Shown here: positions 52,427 to 60,167 of the stretch, in pieces | Layout of the letters: every line of letters begins with the position of its first letter | Numbering within the stretch: position 1 is the stretch's first letter | Source: Gemmatimonadota bacterium | GTDB taxonomy: Bacteria; Gemmatimonadota; Gemmatimonadetes; Longimicrobiales; Gaopeijiaceae | NCBI GenBank assembly: GCA_029863645.1 | Contig: JAOTVA010000005.1 | Span: 14,460 to 78,459, forward strand | Reading direction: 5' to 3' | DNA: 64,000 bases | The notes under the pieces: generated by a model | The model's input: only the letters and a program-made list of their open reading frames with translations | The model's database searches: none | What the model was told of the DNA's origin: nothing | Program-made: the position numbers and the translations under genes

Positions 52427-54241
52427 ATGTCGGATCTCGATCCCAAGCTGACATTCGATTCCTTCGTGGTGGGCCCGGCGAACCGTCTGGCCTCCGCAGC
52501 CGCGCGTCGTGCTGCCGACTCGCCGGGCACGAGCTACAACCCCCTGTTCCTCTACTCCGCACCGGGTCTGGGGAAGACGCACATCCTCACGGCCATCGCG
52601 CACCAGTCGGCGAAGGGTGAAGCCAAGAAGGTCGAGTACATGGCGCTGGAGGAGTATCTCGAGCGCTTGGAGGGTTCGCTCCAAGCCGGGCAGGGCGACG
52701 GTGTCTACGGTGAACTGGACATCTTGTTGCTGGACGACGTCCAGTTCCTGACAGGGCAGCCCGAGGCTCAGGAGATGCTGCTCAAGACCCTCGATCAGCT
52801 CAGCACCGCCGGGGGCCAGATCGTGCTCGCCAGCGACAGACCCCCTGCTGACATCGACGGACTCGACGCCCGGCTGCTTTCACGGTTCTCCGGGGGCTTG
52901 ATCGTAGATCTGGGACCGCCTGAGTACGAGACTCGCGTCGCCATCATCCTCAGGAAGTCCGAAGAACGCGGACAGACCCTCGAGGATGGCGTCGCGGAAG
53001 CGGTGGCGAAAGCGCCGTTCAAGAACGTCCGAGAGCTCGGCGGGGTCCTCAACAAGATCTTCGCGACGCAGGAGCTCGAAGGTCGCCAGGTCTCTTCGTC
53101 CGAGGTGACCAAACTCCTTCAGCAACAGGATCAGGTCGCAGCCCTGGGGGGCGGTTCCGACGAATTCGGGTCCTTCCTCACCGAGCTGGCCAGCTCCGTT
53201 GCGGTGGTGGTGGAGAGCAAGGAAGAGCCGTGGCGAAAAGCGATACGTGAAGCCATCGAATCCGCTGACCGGCAGGGCTTCCTGGTGCACCGCCTGGAGT
53301 CCCAGTTCGGTGAGACCGAGCCGAAGGGCTGGGAGAAGCTCGTCGCGACGTTCAAGGCCGATCTGCAGCGGCTGCGCGAGATCGACAACGAGTTGGAGCG
53401 CCTGGGCAACCCGTGGCCGGAGGCTGCCCAGGGGGTGCTCATGGACCCCGACCGGCTGGAAGAGGGCGAGGCGTTGCTCGCGTCCGTTCGGGAGCGCCAA
53501 AGGCCCTTCCCGAGGCTCGGTGACGGTCCGCTCCTGCATGACCTTTCGGGCTTCGAGGCCATCGCGTTGAAGGCGGCCGCCCAGTTCGTGGGTGAGGAGA
53601 AGCCCGAGTACAACCCGCTCTTCATGTGGTCGGGGAACGAAAGGGTGGCTCTGACGTTGCTGGCCGCGGTCGGACGCACGTACAAAGAGTCTTTCCCGGA
53701 TCAGCGGATGGCCGTTGCCTCTGTGGCGCACTTCGCGGAGGACTTCATCCGTGCGCTCGCCGAGGGGGTCGCCGGGGCGTGGCGCGAGCGCTGGTGGACG
53801 GTTGACCTCCTGCTCGTACACGGCATCCAGGAGTTGTCGGAAACCGAACGCGCGCAGGACGAGTTCTTCCATCTGTACGAGGCTCTGAAGCGTCGGGGAG
53901 CGCGTATGATGCTCGTGGCCAACCGCGCGCCATCGAGCGTCGAGTCCATCGATGAACGGCTACGCTCCCGCTTCGAAGGGGGTCTCGTGCTGGAGCTGAC
54001 CAGCGGCCAGGCGGTGGACCTGGAGCTTGTCGAGCACGCGGCCGCGGCGGCGGAAGAAGGCATCTTCGTGCCGGACTTGGAGGCAGAAACGAAAAAGGGA
54101 CCGGATACGGGCACGATGGAGCCCGTTCCGGCCGCGCTACCCGAGCCGCCGAGCAAGGGGGGGGCGTGGTTCCCCGGCCCGGAGAACGTGGTCATCCATT
54201 GGCCTCGGATCGAAGAGCTCCTCATTGAAGAACTGGACTAG
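52427..54241 (+). CDS. DnaA-like protein with two tandem DnaA-type AAA+ modules (second degenerate), no domain I and no DNA-binding domain IV
   Basis: 604-aa ORF. Module 1 (aa 8-225) aligns by eye to DnaA domain III: TFDSFVVGPANRLA, YNPLFLYSAPGLGKTH, ILLLDDVQF, LASDRPP, RLLSRF, NVRELGG. Module 2 (from aa 395) reads YNPLFMWSGNERVALT, LLLVHGIQ, DEFFHLYEAL, RLRSRFEGGL, with the Walker A Lys and Walker B acids lost. Confidence 0.8.
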   Translation: MSDLDPKLTFDSFVVGPANRLASAAARRAADSPGTSYNPLFLYSAPGLGKTHILTAIAHQSAKGEAKKVEYMALEEYLERLEGSLQAGQGDGVYGELDILLLDDVQFLTGQPEAQEMLLKTLDQLSTAGGQIVLASDRPPADIDGLDARLLSRFSGGLIVDLGPPEYETRVAIILRKSEERGQTLEDGVAEAVAKAPFKNVRELGGVLNKIFATQELEGRQVSSSEVTKLLQQQDQVAALGGGSDEFGSFLTELASSVAVVVESKEEPWRKAIREAIESADRQGFLVHRLESQFGETEPKGWEKLVATFKADLQRLREIDNELERLGNPWPEAAQGVLMDPDRLEEGEALLASVRERQRPFPRLGDGPLLHDLSGFEAIALKAAAQFVGEEKPEYNPLFMWSGNERVALTLLAAVGRTYKESFPDQRMAVASVAHFAEDFIRALAEGVAGAWRERWWTVDLLLVHGIQELSETERAQDEFFHLYEALKRRGARMMLVANRAPSSVESIDERLRSRFEGGLVLELTSGQAVDLELVEHAAAAAEEGIFVPDLEAETKKGPDTGTMEPVPAALPEPPSKGGAWFPGPENVVIHWPRIEELLIEELD

Positions 54242-54254
54242 GAGCTAGCGACCC

Positions 54255-55871
54255 ATGGCGATCGAAGGCGCACTCCAAGACGTCAGCCTGGCCGATATCT
54301 GTCAGTTGCTGGGCATGGGGAAGAAGACCGGGTGCCTGAGCATCACGGACCGGTCCAACTTCGGGTACATCTATTTCGAGCAGGGACGCATCATCTACGC
54401 GTCCGTCCTCAATCGGCGGGACCGCCTGGGCGAGCTTCTCGTGCGCAACCACGTCATCACGCGCAAAGCGCTCTCCGAAGCCGTCGAGACCCAGAGCACG
54501 GCCAAGGGGAGGCGGCTGGGTGAGATCTTGGTCGATGTGGGCGCCGTAAGCCTGGAGGACCTGCAGCGGTACATCCAGGCTCAGATCGAGGAGGCGGTCT
54601 ACCACCTCTTCACGTGGAATCAGGGGTCCTTCCACTTCGACACCGACCAGATGCCCGACGAGGAGGGCCTCTACCTGGTGAGTATTCCCGCCGAGGCGCT
54701 CCTCATGGAAGGCGCACGGCGCGTCGACGAGTGGAGTCTGGTGGAGAAGAAGATCCCTTCGTTCGACGTGGTCTTCCAGCTCGATAAGAATCCCGACCAG
54801 TCGTCGGAGGACGTCGAGTTGACCAAGGACCAGAAGAAGGTCCTTCCGTATATCGATGGCGTCCGCACGGTCACCGACATCATGGACGAAGCGGGCCTCG
54901 TCGAGTTCGAGACGGGCAAGGCGCTGTACGGACTCATCCAGGCCGGTTTCGTGTCCCGTGCCGGGGAGCGCAGCACTGAGGAGGAGACCGGCGGCGACGA
55001 GGCGCTCTCGCAGCATCTCAACGTCGGTACCGCCTTCTATCGGTCGGGTATGCTGGAGGATGCCGAGCGGGAGTTCGAGCAGGCGATCGCGATCGATCCG
55101 AAGCAGGCGCGGGCGAACTTCATGATGGGCTTGATCGCGTTCCGGCGGGGTAAGCTCGAGGAATCGCTCAAACACTTCGGTGCGATGCCACCGGGGGCGG
55201 GCGACTACTCGATTCATCGGAACACGGCCCTGGCCCTCGAGTTGATGGGCCAGTATAAGGATGCTCTGCGCGAGCTCGACTCAGCGCTCATCGCACGCCC
55301 GGAAGACCATGAAGTTCACCTGGCGCGCGCTGCGGTCCATCTCAAGGCCCGTGACGTGGCGAAAACACTCGCGGCGCTTCGCCAGTACCGAACGTCACCC
55401 CGCGTGAAGAAACCCTCCGCCCGCTACTACGCGTACACGGTCCTGGCCTCCGCAGTGAGTGGTGACCTCGACTACGCGGTCGCGGTCGGTCGGGAAGGGA
55501 TGGGTCACTACCCAGACTCGGGCCCGATCCTCGTCAACACGGGCGCGGTGCTGGAGCGTCGGGGTGAAGTGGAGGCGGCGCAGGCCCTCTATAAGCGGGC
55601 GACCGGACTCAATCCGCCCGCGCCCCAGGCCCACAAGAACCTCGGAGATCAGGCCTACGCACACGGCGACATGCAGGGCGCGCAGGCCCAATACGAGAAG
55701 GCCGTGAAGCTGTCACCGCGCCTCGGGGACGACGTCTATCTGCGGCTCGGTACGCTCGCGTACAAAGGCAACGACCGGGACATGGCCCGCCTCTTGTGGC
55801 GCAGGGCAGCGGACATCAACCCGCACAACGAGGCCGTGAAGGCGAATCTGGAGATGTTCGCCGGCGAGTGA
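54255..55871 (+). CDS. DUF4388 (PATAN-type) domain, tandem MshEN/T2SSE_N-like motif, C-terminal TPR repeats
   Basis: 538-aa ORF. The N-terminus GALQDVSLADICQLLGMGKKTGCLSITDRSNFGYIYFEQGRIIYA fits DUF4388. It is followed by RLGELLVRNHVITRKALSEAVETQ-STAKGR-RLGEILVDVGAVSLEDLQRYIQAQ. The C-terminal half has multiple TPR-like repeats (e.g. AQAHKNLGDQAYAHGDMQGAQAQYEKAVKLSP). Confidence 0.8.
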   Translation: MAIEGALQDVSLADICQLLGMGKKTGCLSITDRSNFGYIYFEQGRIIYASVLNRRDRLGELLVRNHVITRKALSEAVETQSTAKGRRLGEILVDVGAVSLEDLQRYIQAQIEEAVYHLFTWNQGSFHFDTDQMPDEEGLYLVSIPAEALLMEGARRVDEWSLVEKKIPSFDVVFQLDKNPDQSSEDVELTKDQKKVLPYIDGVRTVTDIMDEAGLVEFETGKALYGLIQAGFVSRAGERSTEEETGGDEALSQHLNVGTAFYRSGMLEDAEREFEQAIAIDPKQARANFMMGLIAFRRGKLEESLKHFGAMPPGAGDYSIHRNTALALELMGQYKDALRELDSALIARPEDHEVHLARAAVHLKARDVAKTLAALRQYRTSPRVKKPSARYYAYTVLASAVSGDLDYAVAVGREGMGHYPDSGPILVNTGAVLERRGEVEAAQALYKRATGLNPPAPQAHKNLGDQAYAHGDMQGAQAQYEKAVKLSPRLGDDVYLRLGTLAYKGNDRDMARLLWRRAADINPHNEAVKANLEMFAGE

Positions 55872-56869
55872 TTCGTTCCGCGGCTTCGCTGCTCGTGGTG
55901 GTCCTTGCCTTGGCTCAGGGCCCGCCGCCGCTCTTCGCCCAGATGCCCGACTCGCTCGCCGGCGAGGAGTACCTGACGCGCGCGGGGAGTCGGGCCACCA
56001 TCCATTTTGTGCGCGAGGACTCACTATTGGCCTTGCGCGTCCTCGATCTGATCGACGGGCAAGCGCCCCTGCCCGGGCTTCCGGACTCTTTTCCGTCCCG
56101 TGTGACCGCGGTGATCGCGCACGGTCCACAGGCCTTCGACGAGCTCACCGGCGGCGTCGTGCCCGAGTGGCGGGCTGGTGTCGCGATTCCTTCGGCTAAC
56201 ATGTTCATCGTCCCGAGCGACGAGGGCCGCAGCCTGGTCGACCGCGAGGGCAGGCGCACCCTTCGCCACGAATGGGCGCACCTCGGTCTGCATGCCTACC
56301 TGGGCGATCTGCGCGCGCCTCGTTGGTTCGACGAAGGGTACGCGCAGTGGGTGTCCGGTGGCTTCGAGGCGGGCGAGGCCTGGAGGTTGCGCGTCCTGTT
56401 GGCGCTGGGGCGCGCTCCCCCCATGGACTCCCTCACGTTGCGTTGGCCGAGCGGCCGAGAAGAGGCGAGGACCGCGTACCTGCTCGCAGCGAGTGCCGTG
56501 ACCTATTTGCTGGAGCCGGGGGGAGAGCGAGGGCTCGAGCTGTTCCTGGATCGCTGGCGTGAGCAACGCTCCTTCGACGAGGCGCTGCGGACCACTTTCG
56601 GGGTGACGCCTGGCCGACTCGAGACAGACTGGGCGCGCCACGTGCGTGCGCGCTACGGATGGCTGTTCGTGCTCAGCCATTCAGCACTCTTCTGGGCACT
56701 TCTGGCACTCGTCTTGCTCTTCATGGTGCGCGTGCGAAAGGGACGGAATCGGGAGAAGCTGGCTCGCATGCGGGCGTCGGAGTTGCCCGACCAGCCCGCG
56801 TATTGGGTCGTGGACCAGACGGAGTCCGGACCCCGCCTGCCACCCCCGGGGATATCAGAAAAGCCATGA
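55868..56869 (+). CDS. Membrane-anchored HExxH metallopeptidase-like protein (MA-clan like)
   Basis: ORF 55796..56869. GTG 55868 overlaps the upstream stop. It has a signal-like N-terminus, RHEWAHLGLH plus a downstream FDEGYAQW (candidate third ligand Glu), and a C-terminal TM (LFWALLALVLLFMV). Confidence 0.65.
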   Translation: MIRSAASLLVVVLALAQGPPPLFAQMPDSLAGEEYLTRAGSRATIHFVREDSLLALRVLDLIDGQAPLPGLPDSFPSRVTAVIAHGPQAFDELTGGVVPEWRAGVAIPSANMFIVPSDEGRSLVDREGRRTLRHEWAHLGLHAYLGDLRAPRWFDEGYAQWVSGGFEAGEAWRLRVLLALGRAPPMDSLTLRWPSGREEARTAYLLAASAVTYLLEPGGERGLELFLDRWREQRSFDEALRTTFGVTPGRLETDWARHVRARYGWLFVLSHSALFWALLALVLLFMVRVRKGRNREKLARMRASELPDQPAYWVVDQTESGPRLPPPGISEKP

Positions 56870-58209
56870 GTGACTCCACCCCCCCGCGAATCCTCGTCGT
56901 CGACGACGACGTGGACGGACTCGAAGTCCTTCGCACTCGACTCGTCCATGCCGGCTACGAGGTTGAAACCGCAGAGAGCGCCGAGAAGGCGCTGTCACGC
57001 GTGAAAGCGTTCGACCCGGGGCTTATCGTCACAGACGTGCGCATGTCCGGGATGACGGGGCTCGAGCTTCTGGAGAAGGTGCGTGCCTCCATGGACTCCG
57101 TTGAGGTTGTGGTCATGACTGCCCACGACGACATGCAGACCGCTGTCGCCGCCATGAAAGGCGGCGCCTTCGATTTTCTCGTGAAGCCCGTCGATCCCAA
57201 GGCCGTGCAGGGCCTGGCGGAGCGCTGCTTCCGGGAGCGAGCGCTGACGGTGGAAGGCGGAGAGCCGGATGTTGTCGCCGCGCTACCGCGAGGACGTTTG
57301 GTCGGCCGGGATCCTCGCATGATCGACATCTACAAGACGATCGGTGCGTTGGCCGGCAACCGGGCCACCGTGCTCGTTCGGGGTGAGACCGGCACGGGAA
57401 AGGAAGTCATCGCCCGCGCGATCCACGAGCACTCCGAACACGTCGACGAGCCGTTCATCGCGGTGAACTGCAGCGCGCTGACGGATACGCTCCTCGAGTC
57501 GGAGCTCTTCGGTCACGTGAAGGGTGCGTTCACCGGAGCGACGGGCTCGAGAAAGGGCTACTTCGAGTTGGCAGGGAAGGGGACCATCTTCCTCGATGAG
57601 ATCGGCGATACGAGCCCGGAGTTCCAGACCAAGCTTCTGAGGGTGCTCCAAGAGCGGCGCTTCTACCCCGTTGGAGGGGAGGAGCCGAGGAAGACCGCAG
57701 CGCGCGTGATCGCCGCGACGCATCAGCCCGTCGAGCAGCTGATCGAGGAAGGACGGTTTCGCGAGGACCTCTACTTCCGCCTCAAGGTCGTTGAGATCAC
57801 CGTACCTCCACTCCGCGAGCGGCGTCGTGACATCGAGCTGGTTGCAACGGCCCTGCTCGGCAGGGTTCGCGACGAGACGAGCCGCGATATTCGGCGAATC
57901 TCCGACGACGCGATGGCCAGGCTCATGACGTACGATTGGCCCGGCAACGTTCGTGAACTCGAAAACACACTAATGAGGGCGGCCATCGTGGCGCGTGGGA
58001 CGGTCATCGGCGTCGACCACCTCATTCTGGAGGACGGCGCGAACCCTGGGGGCACGGACCTCACGCTGAAGGGGGCGATCCTGCGGCACGTCCACTTGGT
58101 TCTCGACCGAGCCGGTGGTGACCGCGCGTCCGCAGCAGAACTCCTCGGCATCACGAAGAAGGAATTGGACCGACAGCTCGCGTTGACCGAGGCTTCTCCC
58201 TCCACTTAG
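56866..58209 (+). CDS. Sigma54-dependent response regulator (NtrC family enhancer-binding protein)
   Basis: ORF 56659..58209. ATG 56866 overlaps the upstream stop (ATGA). It has a receiver domain (ILVVDDD...VTDVRMSGM), an AAA+ domain with GETGTGKE, the GAFTGA loop and ESELFGH, and a C-terminal Fis-type HTH. Confidence 0.92.
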   Translation: MSDSTPPRILVVDDDVDGLEVLRTRLVHAGYEVETAESAEKALSRVKAFDPGLIVTDVRMSGMTGLELLEKVRASMDSVEVVVMTAHDDMQTAVAAMKGGAFDFLVKPVDPKAVQGLAERCFRERALTVEGGEPDVVAALPRGRLVGRDPRMIDIYKTIGALAGNRATVLVRGETGTGKEVIARAIHEHSEHVDEPFIAVNCSALTDTLLESELFGHVKGAFTGATGSRKGYFELAGKGTIFLDEIGDTSPEFQTKLLRVLQERRFYPVGGEEPRKTAARVIAATHQPVEQLIEEGRFREDLYFRLKVVEITVPPLRERRRDIELVATALLGRVRDETSRDIRRISDDAMARLMTYDWPGNVRELENTLMRAAIVARGTVIGVDHLILEDGANPGGTDLTLKGAILRHVHLVLDRAGGDRASAAELLGITKKELDRQLALTEASPST

Positions 58210-58211
58210 TT

Positions 58212-58409
58212 GTGTCGATCATGGCCAAAAGAAAGAAGGCGGAGCCGGCGGCTCTGAAGTTCACGAAGGAGAACGGGTACCTGGCAGCGGCGGGCGTTGT
58301 CTGCCTGGCGCTCGGGTACTGGCTCCTAGCTCAGGGCTCGATCACGGCTGCCCCACTCCTGCTGGTGCTCGCCTACGTGGTTCTGCTGCCGATGGCCATC
58401 ATCCGCTAG
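58212..58409 (+). CDS. Small two-TM membrane protein (DUF3098-like)
   Basis: 65-aa ORF starting 2 nt after the ntrC-like stop. The basic N-terminus AKRKKAEPAALKFTKENGY is followed by two hydrophobic helices. The family assignment is from memory. Confidence 0.5.
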   Translation: MSIMAKRKKAEPAALKFTKENGYLAAAGVVCLALGYWLLAQGSITAAPLLLVLAYVVLLPMAIIR

Positions 58410-58447
58410 ACCCCAGTATTCATGCCGATTTTCCGGCATTGGACGTC

Positions 58448-58522
58448 GGGCGCTTAGCTCAGCCTGGTTAGAGCACCTGCCTTACAAGCAGGGGGTCGCT
58501 GGTTCGAGTCCAGCAGCGCCCA
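58448..58522 (+). tRNA. tRNA-Val (anticodon TAC)
   Basis: Acceptor stem GGGCGCT/AGCGCCC, D-arm GCTC-AGCCTGGTTA-GAGC, anticodon stem CCTGC/GCAGG with loop CTTACAA, and T-arm GCTGG-TTCGAGT-CCAGC. The discriminator is A and no CCA is encoded. Confidence 0.92.
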
Positions 58523-58654
58523 TTTATTGGTAGGGGCCGCCCTATTGCACGGTCTTCCCATCAACGCATACATTCATCTACGTGTCTTCCCCTACGTAGT
58601 TGTAGTGGAAGGCTCAGGAGCTGGTAGCCGTAGTTCACTTGCTCGAGGGAGAGG

Positions 58655-60025
58655 ATGACCATGGAGCACCAAGGTTCGAAGTCCACGCTTGTGGCCGCGA
58701 CACTCGCATTGGTTGCGGTGTTCGCGTTCCAGGGTGCTGCGAACGCACAGGTCGCGTTCAGTTCTTCGGCTGGTGCCGACGACCTGACGTATACCGCCGA
58801 CGTAGCGCCCATCATTCAGCAGAATTGCCAGGTCTGCCACCGGCCGGGAGGCATCGGCCCGATGGATCTGGTGACCTACGACGATGCGCGTCGATATGCA
58901 CGCCGCATCCGTGAGCAGGTCGCGAACCGCCTGATGCCGCCTTACTACTACGACAACGACATCGGCATCCAGGACCTCCAGCACGACTGGCGCCTCTCGG
59001 ATGAGGACATCGCCACGGTAGTCGCATGGGTGGACCAGGGCTCGGTCGAAGGTGATCCGGCCGACATGCCTGTGGCGGTGCTCGCGGACACAGAGGATTG
59101 GTCGCTTGCTGCGGCGCTCGGCCAGCCGGACATCATTGCCCCGTCGACGCCGATCGACGTACCGGCAGCGGGCAACGACATGTGGCATCGCCCCATCGTT
59201 CCGACAGGAATCACCGAAGAGCGCTGCATCAAGGCGCTTCAGGTGAAGCCGGCCGGTAACGCGAAGGGTGTTGTGCACCACGCGAACTCGACGTTCCAAC
59301 TCGAGACCGACGACGGTGGCTTCGAGTCCTCCGGCGACCGTGCGACCGAGTACGCCATGGGCAAGCTCGGCGAGTTGATTCCTGACGGCGTGTGCCGCGT
59401 AATCCCGGCCAACGCCTATGTCGCGTGGGACATCCACCTCTATCCCGGTGGACTCGGTGCCGCGGCCCCGAACGACGTTCTCGAGGACAACGTGGTCGAG
59501 TTGGGCATCTGGCTGCATCCGGCCGACTACGAGTACGAGTACAAGCAGGACCTGGCGCTCTACGGCATCCGCGAGGGCGAGTTGGTCATGAAGCCCCATG
59601 GCACGGCCATGACTCAGGGCTTCCGGACGTTCGACCATCCGGTGCGTATCGATAGCTTCCAGCCTCACGGGCACCTGCGCATGCGCTCGGCGTCCCTCGA
59701 GATCCTCTACCCGGAGACGGGTCGGGTCGAGATCGTCAGCATGGTCTCGAACTGGAGCGCCACGTGGCACCAGAGCCACATCTACGGCGAGAACTCGGCA
59801 CCCTTGGTGCCGGCCGGGGCGGTTCTGATCATGAAGCAGTGGTATGACAACACGGAGAACAACCCGAACGTTGTCGACGCAGATCAGTGGGTCGACGGTG
59901 GCAGCCGCACCGCGGATGAGATGTCTCACGCGTGGATCGCGGTGACGCACCTCGACGAGGAAGGGTATCAAGAGCTTCTCGAGCAGCGCGAGGCGAACGA
60001 GGAGCGTAGGATTACCGACGATTAG
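58655..60025 (+). CDS. Secreted protein: CxxCH heme-c-type module fused to a PHM/DBH-like (copper type II monooxygenase fold) domain
   Basis: 456-aa ORF with RBS GGGAGAGG and a signal peptide. DVAPIIQQNCQVCHRPGGIGPM contains CxxCH at 58826..58840. Downstream are VVHHAN (59276..59281), WDIHLYP, QPHGHLRM (59666..59674) and TADEMSHAW (Met at 59921). This ordering matches the CuH (HH..H) and CuM (HxH..M) ligand pattern. Confidence 0.7.
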   Translation: MTMEHQGSKSTLVAATLALVAVFAFQGAANAQVAFSSSAGADDLTYTADVAPIIQQNCQVCHRPGGIGPMDLVTYDDARRYARRIREQVANRLMPPYYYDNDIGIQDLQHDWRLSDEDIATVVAWVDQGSVEGDPADMPVAVLADTEDWSLAAALGQPDIIAPSTPIDVPAAGNDMWHRPIVPTGITEERCIKALQVKPAGNAKGVVHHANSTFQLETDDGGFESSGDRATEYAMGKLGELIPDGVCRVIPANAYVAWDIHLYPGGLGAAAPNDVLEDNVVELGIWLHPADYEYEYKQDLALYGIREGELVMKPHGTAMTQGFRTFDHPVRIDSFQPHGHLRMRSASLEILYPETGRVEIVSMVSNWSATWHQSHIYGENSAPLVPAGAVLIMKQWYDNTENNPNVVDADQWVDGGSRTADEMSHAWIAVTHLDEEGYQELLEQREANEERRITDD

Positions 60026-60167
60026 GGATCTGTAGCACCCTTCTCGTAGTATGATTTGGTAGCCTTGGGGATCGAAGGACGCTTCGGAAAACGCCGTGGC
60101 TCCTTCGGTCCCCATCGCTCTTTAAGGTCGTCTGCCCGCCTATGAACCAGGGTTTGGACAAGGAGTC

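Noticed and set aside
52330-54241. Possibility that the DnaA-like gene marks the chromosomal origin (dnaA/oriC)
   Set aside because: The protein lacks DnaA domains I and IV, there is no dnaN/recF/gyrB context, and the upstream 97 nt contains only one weak DnaA-box-like string (TTATCGTCC) and no AT-rich unwinding element. I treat it as a paralogue, not the initiator locus.
60076-60112. Stem CGAAGGA...TCCTTCG in the leader of the 60168 gene as a possible riboswitch
   Set aside because: It is a single 7-bp stem with a 21-nt loop and does not resemble any riboswitch class I know. It is too little to call.
58592-60115. 507-aa minus-strand ORF, longer than the plus-strand gene it overlaps
   Set aside because: The plus-strand ORF 58655..60025 has an RBS, a signal peptide, a CxxCH and ordered His/Met motifs. 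The minus-strand product is Arg/His/Val-rich and featureless. I judge it a shadow ORF despite its length.
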